64,000 nt of DNA from Tricharina praecox (GCF_024521635.1 NW_026250416.1:310001-374000), one strand, 5' to 3'; positions 10,446 through 26,300 are shown, counted from the stretch's first letter. The notes: generated from the sequence alone by a model not told the origin. A program made the numbers and translations.

Positions 10446-13400
10446 GCTCCCGTAGTTAACTTTACCAGAGCAAAGCATGAGAGGAACCCACTGCCCGTTT
10501 CACGGGACGAGAAGGATCATTGGCCCTGATCGATGATCGATCCAACCGGTCAAACAGCGCCTAGGTATGTACAAAAGTCGAGCGTGACGGCGGTGAGACA
10601 CGTGCATGGCCAAGCTCCGGATCACCTGTCGAGCTGGATGTCCGTTCCGCGCGTGGGCTGATCAAGATGCCGTCGAGATTGTAGATCGACTTGTCCGGCG
10701 GCTGACGATCGCAGCGTTTTCCGCGGCTTGGAGGGGCATGCCCGTTGGCTGCATGTACATACGACACTTTCCGCGAGGGCGCGTTGGAGAGATGTCTGTA
10801 AGGCAGAGTATACTCCTATCTAACTATGCAAGGCTGTCAATAACCCACTAGCCGGTAAGCTACCACTGTTCGTCTTTCGTCTACTTGCCACGAGAGTTAG
10901 TGGTGTGAAAGTAGCACCCACAGGTGACCAACCTGGCCATATGGCCCGTCAGAGGTTGGAAAAGGGAGAGACTGGATCGCAGGACTCATATCAGCAAGAA
11001 CCGCTGCCGAATTAAGTCTCGTCCAAACCCCGTCCAAACCCCGTCCAAAGTTGTATCGGGTGATATCTGTATGAAGCAATCGAGTGAGGGAAGTGAAACA
11101 TCGCGCAAGCAAGCCAGCTGACAAAGTCAAGCTAATTGACCAACTACCGAATGGGGACTTGGTATTATCACAAACTGCGATGCTTTTTATGGGCCACATA
11201 TAAACTAGGACCCCCCTGGTTCGGTCACGATCCGTTTACTCCATACATAAAACGCCGGATGAGTACTCAGCCTGCCCGACTGCGGCGCTTTGAGCCCCGC
11301 AGATTCAAGAGCCGACCAGACTAGACCGACGGCTGGGGCTTGGTGGTTAGCCGCTGGTCGTTTAAAGCATTAAGCGGAAGATAGCAGAGGCTACGGGAAA
11401 GCACCCCCGTTGGATGCCGATCACAGAATACAAGTTCCCCCCTCAATTTCGAATCATGTTTTTGAGTAGAAATCCGCCGAGATAGTTACCGTTGCGTCGA
11501 GGAAGCTTGCCCACATATGGCGTTTCACCAAAGGAGGTGCGCAAGAAGGGTTGGTGTGCGGGCATGCGTGTTGGAACACGAGAGTGCAATCGAATCACGA
11601 GTGACGGCACATGTCCGCTGCGCACACGCGGGGAACGATCCGCAAGACCTCTGTTCTACATATATACTGTAGCATTATTCCTGCTGGCTTGCATCCATCA
11701 TGCCAGCCACCTGCTTGCTACGAGTGTCACTCGTAAAAGGAAAGAAAAACACCTGCGGGTAAGCCGGTATTTCCTGGTTGGATATGATATTTCGGCCGCA
11801 TACTGTCGCTTCGTTGACCAGTCTCCGCGAACTTTGCCCTTGCCAAGTCCACTGGGTGGATAAATACCTAGCTTCACCTGCGGGTGGTCGACTCGGTGGA
11901 AAAAATAAATAACTCAGGACGTGGGGTGCGTGAGGAAATGCAACGACGATTGCGATTGCGATTGCGGGGCAGATGCGCTTCTACATAGATCTCGAGGCAC
12001 TTATGCTGCGGGGGAACACAGCTGCAGATTTTCCTTGGAAGGTTTTTCTTCTTCTTCTTCTTCTCCATTAGAGTCACGACTAGTAGAGTATGTACCTACC
12101 TAGGTAGATGGCCTTATTCGTGCCAGGTGTCGTCGTAGTGCGGTACAGTGCAGTGCAGTGCAATGCAGAGATGCTGTCTCTCTCAAAAACAAACCGGGGC
12201 AAAGATTTTTCTTCTTTTTCTTTCTTCTTCCACCTTCCCCACGGGCCTCATCGCGAGTCCGCATCACGCTATTCCGTTGTTTCTTCCGTTAAAGTTCTGC
12301 CGCATCGTCTCGCAGGATTTTCTTCCCCATCTCCACCCCCAATCCACAGACAGACATGGAGAAAATAGCAAAGACAATCAATGCGCGAGCAAGAAAAAAA
12401 ATCCCGGATGGATTAACTAAGTACCTATGCGTGTGCGTTTGCGTGAAACCCCCGCCCGAAAACCAGAATCCCCACGACAGGATACTCCGTGTATCGAGAA
12501 GCAGTTGCAATTGCATTCAATCGACAGGCGTCACCATGAGGTATCACCCACCCACCCACCCACCCCGCCATCCCAGATGGCACATAGATACATGGGGAAT
12601 GTGAAGCAACCTACGGTACATACTTTGACTTTGATACTTAGCCACGCATGCTGTAGATACCCTTCTCCCCCACTCCCCCCCCCCAGGCCATAAAAAGCAA
12701 AGCACGGCAAACGGACAAGGACATCGTATGCACGGGATAGAGCACATAGTAATGTACTCCACTCGAGTGCCATGCCCAAAACCCGTATGTACGATAAAAC
12801 GAACACTATGTAGCCATGATCAATATATCGATGACGATATAGGCTTAGGGGGTATCTCGGGAACCGGAGCGAGAGCGTGACGGGGATCGGATCGGAGGGA
12901 CATCGAATTATCGTGGAGGACCAACGAGACAGCAGCAACCCTACAGCCCAACCCAGGTATAGGTAAGTACATACATACCTTAGGTAGGTACATTGTACCT
13001 ACATACGTACCTATGTACGTCTTGCTAGTGGTGCCGGCTAAGTCTACAGAATCGGCCCGTACATACCGCGGCCGGTTGAACAAACCCCGGGTTTCACTTC
13101 ATAGGCCCCGCAGGCACCACCACAGGCACCGCAGGCCGCAGGGGCGATCTGAGCTAGGGCGCCTCAGAGTTCGTGTGTGTTTCTTTTTTTTTTTAGTTTT
13201 TTTTGCAGCTGAGGTAGGTCTCCGAGCCGTTTCGCTTCTCTTCGATTTCGTCATCATCATCCGCTGTTGGCTCCGGACCGCGCCGGCTCCGCGTCCGCGA
13301 TGGGGGAGGGGAAGGAGCGAGGGGAAGAAAAGAAAGAAAAGAAAAGGAAAGAAAAGACCAAAAAAGAAAAGAAAAGTAAAAAAAGCAAAATTCGGTTGGT

Positions 13401-16400
13401 AGATGCGGGAGACCGACGACTATCTCTGTGGCGTTTTTTTCTCAGTCTCAGTGGACCGTGCACCCTGCTGCTTTCCCGGCCCCTCCCCCGTGGCCATTTC
13501 ACCGCGAGAACGAGAAGAAAAAGAAAAAGCAAATAACGACCGGTTGGTGAACAATGGGGCGCTGTTGCGTCGTGATTGCACTGCACTGAACCCTGCCTAC
13601 CGCCTCCCCTCCTTGCGGAATGTTTCCAGCTACGGTTATGGAGGTGTTTGCAAATCGATACCACCGGAATAGCATATGCGGAGTATTCAAATGCCGTACA
13701 CCCTTGCAGCCGTTGGTGACAATCACTTCTCATGCGTGGGGTCGAAAACTCCCCCCCCCCCACATGCGCATGGAGTGGAGTAGAGCGCGATTTCTCTCCT
13801 CCCTCTGATCCATGGCAGCATCCGCAGGAGTGCTAGTATCACCTGCAAAGCGAGGGTGCGCCTAAGCGTGGGGCGGCACGCACGCACAGCGTCAACCGCA
13901 GTTAGCTGAGCTGAGGGAGGTCATTTGCAGTTGCAGTTGCAGTTGCAAGCACACCGGCGGCGGCTGAGACGCAGGCACAGAGCAAGGCAGAGCGGGAATA
14001 CGGGAGTGTCATACAGAACTACATGCCCATAGGCGAGCTCCAAGACGCAACTACGATGTATCTATTCGACTATAGTATAGCGCATATTATAGAGGCTAAC
14101 TACCCAGGTAGTCAAGACTGCATCCTCTAGCTCTTTGTATGTACGATACGTACTCGCTTTCGTTCTCCACAAGTGGCTTACATGGAGCTTACATATAGGG
14201 CTTGCATGCTCGGCAATCATGAGGGAAGAACGGAACACGATGCGCTGAGCACGAGTGGTACTGTGTATGATACATACACACATTTGGCATTGCTGCTGCT
14301 GGCGAGGTAGGGGAATCCAGTTATATACCTAGTCTACACGATTGGCCGCGGTATGCGGCGGCGGCGGCGGCGGCTACTGCTGCGTGTGGTTTGTGGCTTT
14401 CTGCGAATGCAAGCCAGCTGGGAGAAATGTAATGGATCCAATGGTTGATCCGCACGCGCAGAACCCTAACCACAGGTGCGAGTGATCCTTGGAGATCATG
14501 TCTCAGCCCCAGCCGGCTTCCACCATGGATATCGATTCGGGAATGTTGGAGCGCCGCCGAAAGAGTCCGTGGCTTTCTGCAAAGTTATTTCCAAGTTTTA
14601 TATCTACAGGTTCCGTTTGTGTTTTGTTGATTCGGACTGCGCTGCCTTTACGCGCAGATGCGCGGCGGTAGAATTTGTATGTGCGGAGATTCCTTATGGA
14701 CTTGCTGCCAGTCCTTCGCATAACGAATTGACTCGGAGCCGTGTTCCTGTTGACTAGTTAGGTAGTCGATTGCAGAGCCCCCACTGTGGGCGCTGGGCTT
14801 GTGGGCATCAGGTTTTCTGTTAAGGGGGGCTGCGATCGCTTCTCCACTCAAGCTTATCCGCAGATGGCCCCCAGAGCGGCTGGTGGGGTAATGTTCGGGA
14901 TATGTACATATAATTCGACACCGTGCAGCACCACAATTTGGGGGGGAAGTTGAAGACGATGTTCAGAGTCCTGAACTCCTCCCGCAGCCGCAGGGGGAAA
15001 AACAGGACTCGCTATCAGGCAATGTGACAATCAAGACATTTTGCTTTTGCTTTTTTTTGTCCGGCAGCCCTTCCTTCCCCCGTAGACTCCCGTACCCGTA
15101 CCCATACCTATGCTACTATTCTACATACATATCAGTTCCTGATTTCAGGCGGACTAGCTTCTGTAGGCTACGCGTTTCGAAGGGGACAAGAATGCAAGTA
15201 TATGTGGTAGTCGGGAGTAGTCCGAAGTCCGAGGCACGGGGGCTAACCAAAAGACCTTTGGGGAACTCTGGAGATTATCTATGTAGATCCACGGCGCATT
15301 CTTTGGACGGCCCAGGGCTGGGCCGTCTCCGCCGCTGCTGCTGACCGACCCGAAGAACCTTAGACTCGCTCAACTTAGCGGTACCTGGCGGCTCGGTTGA
15401 AGTGGGGAGAGGAGCGGGGTTTCAAGCAGAGGAACGAAGAAGCATCGCTTTCCTTGGCAATTCGACCGTTTGCGGATAATGAAGGGCTTACTTGCTTGCT
15501 TTTCCACAGTCCCTATGTGTGTACCTACATATGTGCATCCTCCAGAACTTCGTTTTCCCCGCGCGCAGAGTACTGAACTGACGTCAACTCTCACTAGGTA
15601 GGTACTCTAGGTACCTAGAGCAGAGCCCTGCAAAACTCGCCTTTTTATCCTGTCGGAAGAGATCCTAGGGATGTAAGCTTTGCAACCAGGGATTCACTAC
15701 ATACGAGTGGAGCCAATAACAAGTACTCTACGTGGTTAAGGGGGGGAATCCGTCATTTTTTTTGATCTCGGCGAGAATCATCCGAGACGGCGGCGCGCGG
15801 GCAGTTTTTCCTTTTTGTTTCGTGTTTTTTTCTTCGTAAAGCCTCAGATCAAGCAAGCGGTCAGAGGAGGGGGGCTTTCTAAAAGGGTTCCGTTTCCTGC
15901 CGTAAAGTGTGCTATAAACATTTATCTACTACATGGCGCGCATCAACTACTCCTCAGGTGACCGAGATAGGTAATATAATCACGTGGCCGGCTAAATAGT
16001 TACTCCAAGGCGGTATTCTACCTACTCTATATGTTACAGTACGTATGCACACACTTCATAGTAAGGCAGTGCGAACCACTACTACCACCACTCAGGCAGG
16101 GGCGTAAACCTTCCGTACAGTTCCATTATCACGCAAGCGGTAATAATTTATTGGGGGGACACGAGCCGGAAGTTTCGTGTCTCTTTAATATTTTCTATCT
16201 CCTGAGGCTCTTCCAGCAGATTTTCATGCTTGCGTTGGATGTTGGATGTACCGGTATCTACGCCTGAACGTCGGCGGGAGGAAGAACTTGCATGTATGTT
16301 TGTACATATTATAGATGTAGTAGTAGAGGAGTAGAACTACCATGACCAGTGGGCCGTGATAGGTATGACCAGTACATACTGTGGGCAGAAAAACTGAAAC

Positions 16401-17060
16401 GGGGCGCTCGTTGGGTGAGTACCTAGGCAGTTTCTCGCCATCCTACTATGTACCTATTCCATAAAGATGAAAGATATTCAGTGGCAGACGAATCACTCAA
16501 CTATTCTATGCCGGTCCCACTTCTCGTGCCTCGGCCATTTGTTCCGGCCTTTTTAAAAAATCACTTGTGTCCCCCACTCTCTCTCTCATCAACCAGCAGC
16601 GAACCAAGCCGATCCACCCTCAGCACAGAAGACACAACCACTACTCCGCGATGCGTCTCACAAGGTGCGGTACATACGTACATACGTACTACATAGTGCC
16701 GCCAACGGCCAACGGCCAGTCAGAGATCTCCACTGTGGGGATATATCGAGCATATCGAGCATGGGTGACTGGTCAGGGTCAACCTTGCGGCGTATCATCC
16801 GCCGCCGCACATCCGTTGCAGCCCTTTCGATTTCGAGCCAATCTGTACATACCGGTACATTCTACATACTGACAACATCGGGCCGCGCATGCATCGACGC
16901 ATCGTGTCGCCGTCCTGTTTACCATAGTACTTCTTACCCTGCGATGCTATGCCATGCTATGCCCTGATCATCCGCACTGCGCAGGCTGAGCGGAAATTAT
17001 TTGGATGTCGCTGCTGTTGCTGCTGCAGTGCTGCTGTATATGCTGTTCATGGCGGGGGGC

Positions 17061-17119
17061 CTCACTCACTCATTCACTCATTCACTCACTCACTCACTCA
17101 CTCACTCACTCACTCACTC
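17061..17119. repeat. (CTCA/TTCA)n microsatellite
   Basis: Directly visible. Confidence 0.85.
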
Positions 17120-20100
17120 GCGGCGCGCTCGTTTACTAGCATAGGTACACATACATCATACATGTGCGATGGCATAGCATGGTATAGCATGGCCAGTGCA
17201 GTCCGGGCTGTTTTTGGTTCTCGCTACCGGTGGGGGGACAGCGAGGTACCGGTATGTATGTGTGTATGTATGTACGTCTCCATAATCATGCCGGCAGTTG
17301 TATTCGTTTAGATAATTAATCGGTTTAGAGTATGTAGGTATGTACTGCTGACTGCTGACTGCTGACCGCTGACTGCGGTTGCTGTGTAAGCCAGTGCGAA
17401 GCGGCGAAGCCTGCAGGTTTCGGTATCACGACAACTCCTAGTAGGTACGTAGGCGGGGTGAGTGGATGGGGGAGTGGGTTTCGCATAGGCAGTTAACGGC
17501 AGAGGGCCATAGTTAACGACCTATAGGGTTGTGGCCACAACCCTGAAATCTGTGTGTCGTCTGTTTGCTGAACATCCGCGGGCACAAGATCTAGCTAATA
17601 GGTGCAATATCCTAGCCAGACACACCACACCCCCCTTAGAAGCCGCCGTCAGCGTCAGCGCAAGTCACGGACTCGCCAGTAAACGAATTCCGCTTATCGC
17701 GGCCGTTTGATCTGTCGGTGGCTACATAGAGTACCTACCTGCCGTACTATAGTACCGTACGGTAGAGCGCAGTAACCACAGTAGGGTACAGGGATCCAGT
17801 CAGACGCTCAGCAATTGTGCTTCCATAGATTCTAGTTTGTTCAGTCGTGAGTTATGGCAATCGGCTCAGACTCCTCGGGAGGTTCCCATGTAGACCTGTG
17901 AATTGCAGCCGCGCAAAACTCTCAATGGGTACGTCTTCGGAGCTATCAGGCAACTGCAAAAAATAAGCAAAATTTACCCGCACACTGGTTGTGCCGTCCC
18001 CGAGCTCATGCGTATCTACAAACCGTATGTTACGCAGTTATTGGGTTACACGGGTGGGTCTCATAGTCGCTAGTAGGGCGGGCATACGCGTGCGTAGAGT
18101 AGTTAGAGTACAAAGTTACCGGGAGCATGTGGTTGTTTGGACGGCCGGATGGACGGACGAGAATGTCTCTTGCAAGTTGCAATTCACGACCACACGCCTG
18201 CGCCGGCCGGAGGAAGCATCCACACTGGGTACCATACTGGCAATACGAGGGTGACTACGAGGTATGTAGTCATGTCTGGCAACCGCGTGTGCGACGGCCG
18301 TACATGTGGTAGATAGGTTAAGAAGTTGTGTACCCTAGGGAACCTGCAGCGGCCTCCGAGGAAACAAAGCACGTAACCGCCGCCCTAAATCTTGACGACA
18401 TGCCACGCCGTGCCATCCCATGCCATGCCCATTTGATCCGTACATCAAGCATGTAGGTACGTAGAGATATTGGCTGTACTTCGAGTAGGTATGATAACTT
18501 TTTTTTTGCTTTCTCGTCGGCGAATTCGCTCGTTGTCATGGTTGGTGGCCGGCCGGCCGGCCGGAATGGACACACGCAGTGCGCACTGACAACTGGCCAT
18601 GTTCTGTTCGCGACCTTGACGCGTTCGGATGGGCCTGAACTACGCCGCTCCGATGCATGGAGATAGGTAATTACTCAAGTAGAGTACCGTAGAGTAGGTA
18701 CATACAGAGAGCAACCATAGGTACCAATGCTGCCGGCGCACACCGGCCAACTATTATTCATCCCTTTCAAGGTTCCTTGCTCACCGCTCTATGTACATAT
18801 ACGAACGAACTCTTATTTTAACCGCCTTGCCGAGAGGTGCCGAAAACCGTCCGAAACCGGTACCGCGCTCTGCTCCTGAGTCCTACCCACTCATCGCCGA
18901 GCAGAGTACCGATAGTTAATACTTGTGGTTGGATGAGATACATACTCACATACCTGGTATCGGACTTAGGGGAGGAGGGGCGATAGTAGCCCCGATAAAT
19001 TCGGGCCAGTGGAAAAGCGTTGAGCTGCGTACATAGCTCGACGCTACATGCGCAGGCCGGTGATTTTGGCTTTGGCGTTGGCTTTGGCAGCGCAGAACGC
19101 GGGGAAGAGTGCGAACTTTCCTTCGGAGTAGAGCAGTCAACTAATGCTTTGCTGCATTCTGCTAGGTACATAGCTAGGTTTAAAGTATGTATGTACATAC
19201 CCATTCGGTGCATGAAAGGGACATGATCTTCCGTCCTCCGCGATCCGCCTGTAGCTGCGAGATCTAGGAGAGGAATAATATCTCGCATTGTGCTCTAGAT
19301 TGGAGCTTGTGGGGCTTAGAGAGGCGGTATGTACTCTGTGTACCGTATCTTGCAACGTCAGCTTTGGTAAGAACCGGGGAAGAGGAGAGAATAACCCTTC
19401 GTGGGTAACCACGTTATCGCACATGAAGGATTGTCATCGTGTCCTGCCCACTGCCCACTGCCAACGGTATGTGCCGGGCGAAGTTGGCGAAACAACTCAT
19501 CCTAAGGCGGCCCCTCACATCGTTGATCTCGACATCGAAACACTCGTGTGCACTGTGCACTGTGTGTGTGGGTGTGTGTATGCTAAAGACAGCTGCCACT
19601 TGAAGTTGGTGTAGACTTTAAAGCAACTAGAGTTTGAACCTTGAACTGCAGAAATCGTTACACCACCGAACTGGCCGGTTGTACTCGGGTGTAAGGGTAA
19701 GTGCTGCCTCACCAGTGTCCCCCATGCAGCTTAGCGTTTTCCCCCCATACAACTTAGTCACAACCACTCACTCATTTCATTGTGTCTGGCTCAGTGCGCT
19801 CCTAATAAAGACTAGTGCTTAAAAGTCGTAATGGTGGCGAGGCACCACTTATTGGCAGCTCCTGGTACTCTAACTTATGCTGCGAACCCCACGGGTCTCG
19901 CCTTGGCTCGCACGCGCATGATTGGCCGAGGAAATGCCAACTACTCCCCATGTGAGCGCCGAGTGAGGAGCTCGAGCCCTCTCTGGACCGCCACCGAGAT
20001 CAAACATGGCTCCACGGTGTCCAGACTCCAGGGTCTGTAACACCGCATAGCTACCCGCCAAAGATCACCGCCGTGAAACAGTCCTGACTTACAGGTGGTT

Positions 20101-23100
20101 ATACCGTATCTTTCCATAGAGTTCCACCCCCATGGCGATCGATGGCGGTCATCCATCCATCTCCCCATATGCAAAACATACGATGCATAATAGTAGCTTC
20201 ACTACTATCGTCTCAGCCCTCAGGGTCTCAGAAGCATAGTTATTGCTGGCCGGGTCCCGTGTGGCACATGTGGCTGGGGACTTCACTATTAGCAGCGCGC
20301 CGCGCTTTTTTTTGGGTTAAAGCAATAACTAACCACATTCCGCGTCGGCCCTCGGGGACTGCCGCTAAGCCAATCTGGGCTACACATCAAATTTGGCTGA
20401 CGTTAACTACGGTTGAGGAGAGCTCTCGATCCCACAGACTTCACCTTCGGCCGCCATCAGGGTGCACACTGTTACCCCCCACCTCCAGATCCTGCCTTGG
20501 AGACGGTGGGTTGTTTCTGCCCTCTCGTGTCCGGTTTTCTCGGTCATTCGGCGTGATTACAGACAATCCCTATCCAGTACTTTCAGGAGAGAATACCCAC
20601 ATAGGAGACTCTCTTCAGCAGCTTCCTATGTAAAGCACAAAGACCAACGCGTCCGTGGACGAACTATTCCTACTAGTATTTAAGGCCGGATCCAAAACAG
20701 AAATGGGTCGGTTTTCTCCTGGCCATACCTACGTCGGAAATGGATATGGCCGGCCGCGAAGTTGGAACTTGGAAGTTCTCTACAGGGGGTGTGCTGAGTC
20801 AGTGCTGTAACTAGCAGCGCGTTAGTTTTGAACGTCCTTTTTGGCTGTGTGAATTTCGCGCGGATCAAACTTGATCCAGAACCGAATCTGGCGATAACTA
20901 GAGTCTGTAGAGGAAACGCTTCCAATCTCGGTGACCACTGACCACTGACCACTGATCTGCAGTGTCCATCCGACGAAAGGGGGAATTCAAGTCATTCGCT
21001 GTGGATGGACGGACCTGTAACTATGTTTATGTACCTACATAGGTAGTAGTTAGGGCTACGACAAAAGATCATCAGGGCCCTGGCTGGAGGCTGGAACAGG
21101 CCAGGCCATGCCATGCCATTCGGAGCATTAGTTAGCATGTCATAGGTAGTTTTTTTTTCCCCCCTTCAACGAAAAACCCCCACGTTTCGTAACTTCATAA
21201 CGGCGTCCACCGCTTCCCCCGTGGGATGCGATGGGATGGATTTGCTTGGCGATATCCGTTACGGTGTGGATCTAACATCTCGTTTCTTCTTCTCCGGAGC
21301 AAATCAAGCCGTTAGGCTTCCTGTGGGGCGATGCACAACGGTATGTACCCAAGTACTGGTTGGACATGCAACTGGACTGGCTGGTGTAGTAGTTACAACT
21401 GGACCGGAGGCATCATGTATGTGCTCGAGTAGTTACACTTGGCCAGTCCGACCAACTGCCTCATTCCATTCTCCGATGCCGCCTTCTTTTTTTTTCCTTC
21501 GTTTTTTGTTTTTTTCTTTCCTTTTTTTTCTCCAATCCCACCATGGCCCACCACCACCACCATAGCTCTTCCTTCCTTCCTTCCGGCCGCCCAGGAGATT
21601 TCCGCGTGATGATCGTTTTTTCTTTCCTTTCCTTTCCAGGAACACAACGGCCTGGCCATGGAGGGGAGGTTGAGATAAAATTGCCTACTCTAGACTCTAG
21701 ACTCTAGACTCTAGAGTCCACTGGCAGGTAGGTAAGCTGACCTTTCCTCCTCTGCACGCTCCATGAGTTACATAAAAGGTACGGCAGGTGTAGAGTATGT
21801 AGGGCTGAACAGGTTAAAACCCCTGTTTGACGCCAGTCAGCCAGTCAGTCAGGCACCGACTTTACTTACTGATGTATGTATGGTATGTATCTACCTACCC
21901 ATATACGTCCTGTCTATATGATAATAATTTTTTGGCTGTCCAAGACCATGACCATGTAGATCCGGTGGTTGAGCTCGTTCCCCCCTCCACCCCTGCGAGT
22001 CGTGACACCCCAATTCAAGGTAAAATCCCGACTTCTCGCCGTTTTGTGGACTCCAGCTAAGTACATATCGAACCAGAAAAGCGTGGGGAGTCGAGTCGAG
22101 TCGAGACAACGACATAAAATTTCCCCATAGTTAGACCTGGGATCCCACATTTCCCCACTCCAATCCCCACCCCCATCCCCCTCGTGGCAGCCGTTGCAGC
22201 CGTTAGGATTTCTTCCGCAGCCCGCCGCCGCCGTCATCGGTCTGCGAGCGATCGCCGACTGCACCTATAGATGCTATAATAGTACAGTATCTGTCCTCCG
22301 GTGTTGCATCGCCAAGTGACCGTGAGTCCGTGAGTCCGTAAGTCCGTGACTGTGGACCATCGACCGCTGACCACCATACACACCTATCCAAAAACCCGCA
22401 AGAGATCCCTTTGTCCTCACACTCACACTCACGCTCACGGCCAGGCAGCCAGCTCTCGCACACACAAGTAAAATACCTACAAACCGAGTTGAGCACGCAA
22501 ACCTGCCGACAGCGCAATATCCGGCGGCGGCCGTCCGCCGCAAGAGCTTAGATAGCCATACTATAATCACCCCGGGGACGGGGGTTATCCCGCAACGTAT
22601 TGCAACGCATCCATCGCACCGGAGAAGCGGATGCTCCGCGTGCACTTCCGAAACGTGTGTACCTCCTGACCGACAGCCCAACAGATGGCCCGGTCCCCGG
22701 TTGGAGGAGACTCGAGAGGGCGCGCTTAGTGGGCTTTTATGTAGGTAGGTACCTTATTCTTGCTCCATGTGCCTGCCTGCCGGAAGGACGGACGCGTACC
22801 TATGTAGGGGCCGCACCGAAGTCTGCGAGCGAGCGGAGCCCCGGATGGTTTGTTGTGTCGGTGTCGGTGTCGGGGTTGTGCCGGTGTCGGTGTCGGTGCC
22901 GTATGGGTTGTGTTGTCCTATTGTCCTGTTTTTTCTTCTTTCTTTTCATTTTTCATTCTTTTCACACCTTTCTCTTTCTCCTTCTTTTCCTCTTTCTTTT
23001 CCTCTTTCCTCTTTTCTCTACGTATGCCACCGTACCACCCGTCACTTCCGGCGGTTCGGTTCGCAGGCAGAGCAAAAAAAAAGGTTTGGATGCATGGGGA

Positions 23101-23270
23101 TGGGGGATGGGGGGGGAGGGGGCTTCGATCCCTATTGCGTGACGTGAGGGAAGCAACGCAGTGGCCGGTTGATTTTGCGGGATTTCATGGTTTCCGGATT
23201 CCTGACTTGGGGCGTTGGAGCCGGATGGGGAATTTCGGCCGGGAGGGGGGGGAGGTCACTGGACGGACGG

Positions 23271-23395
23271 GGAGGAGGATTATGAGGATGGGGAGGAGGA
23301 GGAGGATGGGGAGGAGGAGCAGGAGGAGCAGGAGCAGGAGGAGCAGGAGGAGCAGGAGGAGCAGGAGGAGCAGGAGGAGCAGGAGGAGGAGGAGA
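23271..23395. repeat. GAG/CAG purine-rich tandem repeat (GAGCAGGAG)n
   Basis: Directly visible; it produces spurious poly-E/Q and poly-R/S ORFs. Confidence 0.85.
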
Positions 23396-26300
23396 GACTC
23401 GGGCCCGCCCGTGAGTGAGTTTGTGTGATTGGCACTGGGCCGCTAATTAGTTCGAAGAGGTGGTTGCCATGCATAGATACATAGCCGCATTCCTCGTGAT
23501 GGAGTCTCATGATTTCCCATGGACGGCGTCTGCAGCACAAGCCCAACGGCCGGCGACTGTTAGATCGCCGCTGTGGGATGACGATAGGAGGCGCACGCGC
23601 GGTCCGCCCTTTCCCCTCCCCCACGACTGCCCTTCCGACTGCACAGATTGCTTGACCCCCATCACCCACCAGCCATGACCGCTCATGACCTGAGGGACCC
23701 GCGCATGGAGAGATGGATGGCAGTACTTTGTTTTTCAAGGCGCAGGGCCAATCGGTGCGCGGACTACCTCGCATCCGAAGCAAAAGCGCGGGAATTCGGC
23801 GGCAAAGTTATGTATCGCAATCCGAGAAAGGGCACCAACAGGGGGTGGAGGGGGGCGGAGGAGGACGAAATGACCGTGAATCACCAACCAACAATATCAC
23901 AAAGTGGTCCGATTAGCTCGTTTGCGAGACACGCTGAAGCTGGCATAGCACCTACATGCGCAGACATGTGCTGTCCGCCCGGCCCCGGATGGTATGACTG
24001 AACTACACCTACGCCGCCATGAGGCATAACATGTGCACTCGGGGCAGGTATAATTGTATGTATGATAATGTAAGTCGGTCTCACGGACACCAAGGCAGGC
24101 AGGGGGGTTCTTGAACGCCCACCACCGGTCGTGCTACTGCTGCTGCTCTTATTATTCCAACGTTCCCGAAGGAACATGTGCAAAATATCAACGTGTTGCT
24201 CGCCGCTGCTACTTGCTTCTGCTTCCGCTGCTGCTGGTTGATGCGGGCGGGTTTCCATCGATTCCGTGCAACGGCATGCGCTGCTCCGTGGCCTTCCCGT
24301 CCATGTAGATAGGCTCTGGCGCTCCAACCGTTGCTATGTATCTCCGAGAAATACGAACGAAGGTGGAGGAGGAGGCCTGAGGTTGTGACGCTCGTCAAGG
24401 TTGCTCCCCGCTGCCGCAACCATAACTCTGTTATAATTCTCGACCGAGCTTCAGCCCAACCAAGTACTTGCCTACCTATCATTACAACAAACCGCGATGT
24501 GCAGTTCGAATGTGCATGGGCTGCTGCCTGCTGCCTGCGGTTTTACGTGATGTCATATAGAGTAAGTGCAATATGGGTCCGAAACAACCAGAGGACGAAG
24601 TAGTATGCAACGGGTAGCCCAACCCAGCCAGTACATTGATACTGAGTTATTCTACCAGACTCTACTCGTCTCGGCCCAGAGTAACTATGCGTGTGTGTGT
24701 GTGTACGAGTAGAGTAGAGTACGGTGGAGTAGAATACACAGCTGCACACTGCAACTGGTCAAATCGCTCGTTCGCTCCGACGGGAGAGCATGATATCGTA
24801 AACTCTGCGGCGTGCGTCCCCCCAATCCGGCAGCAGATGAGTGGTCATGGCATGTAGGTGTGTAGTAGTCCAACTGGCCGTGCAGCGCACCTAACGCCCA
24901 GAGGCTTGATAATTGATTTACTCTGCTTTACTCGTCAGATAACAACTGGTTCCCGTTCACTCGGGTTTTCGATCGAACGGACGGACGGACGGACGGACGA
25001 ATGTGTGCCCCGTTACTGGATCTGTAGCTATCGGTCACCAAGGGCGTCTCGCACGGAGATAGGAGAGAGGCCCAAGGGAGGAGGAGGAAGAGGAGGAAAA
25101 GTTGGACGAAGACGAGGACGATGGCGAGGAGGAGGTGGTGGTGGTAGTGATGGAGAGGGAGGAAGGGAGGGAGGGAGGGAGGCGTCAGCTGCTGTTGTGT
25201 CCGATCCACGGCCATGTGCTCCATCATCCCCTCCTTTTCCTTCTCCTCCTCCTTTTTTCTTGACAAAATTGCACCACCACTACCACAAGTAACGCGACGT
25301 ACGTGCGTACATACTTGGATTCGGGCAGCGAAGGTTACCGTGCTACGAATGCACTCCCGTCCAGATAGACAACTGGTGATCGATCGTTGGATTCGGTCGG
25401 TAGGTTCTGTAGCCTGGGCAAACTGCGGAAGGAAAAGCATGTCAAGTTGTCACCGCAGTGTGCTAAATTGGATGCGGCCTCGTCCTCTCGCAACCATGGG
25501 CCGGCGCAACCACCGGCCGCACGGGCCAAGTGGCCTGTCCGTGATCGCGGCCATCGCTTGGCCACCGGGTAGAAAGAGACTGTGCGGCCCACCATGGCTG
25601 GGCCACCTGGAGCGAGCGAGCGAGCTCGTCCGATCAACTGTAGAATTGACAGACACAGGAGAGCGGGCTGCTGGAAGGGGGGCGATCGATGATGACGGTG
25701 TTAACGGTGTGGAGGGACTTGTTCCTGGAGGAAAGGGAACTCCAGGGTCTGGGCCAGCGCAAGCTAGCACAACCGTACCGCCGTGATCCGTGCCCTGCCT
25801 GCCTCGCCCGCCTACATGTACTCGTACATACGCAGAGTACATACTCACACTACTTCTTTTGCCGCAACCATTTCGGTGTGGGGGGGGAGCGTTATCGTAT
25901 GTTTGCTGCCACGGTCTGGATGTCCCCGCCCCTTCGTTCGAATCGCGCATGAACTTGGACGGCACACACGCATCCACGGTAAGGCCCGCAACATGATCGA
26001 GCTGAGCTGAGCACGAGGGAAAAGAAAGTTTCGCCGTGCCTCGACTCGAGATGACTGCCGCAGCGAATTGAACTTCAATTGATCCTGTGTACTGGCATCG
26101 TGAAATCGGAATAGGAACCAGGCCTCCCTGTACAGACGGGTCAATGTTGTGGATTCGGCAAAAGCATCCAACAGTTGCGACGGCATCACATCATCATCAT
26201 CACCATCTCCCTCTTGCGTCTTCGACCTCCATTCCTCCTCCCCACTCTCCCCACTTTCCCCTCATCTTCTCGTCCTGGATATCCAGATTCGCCGAGTCCA

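Noticed and set aside
23215-23418. Acidic poly-E/Q ORF and overlapping poly-R/S ORFs
   Set aside because: These are translations of a GAG/CAG microsatellite with a non-ATG start and no gene context.
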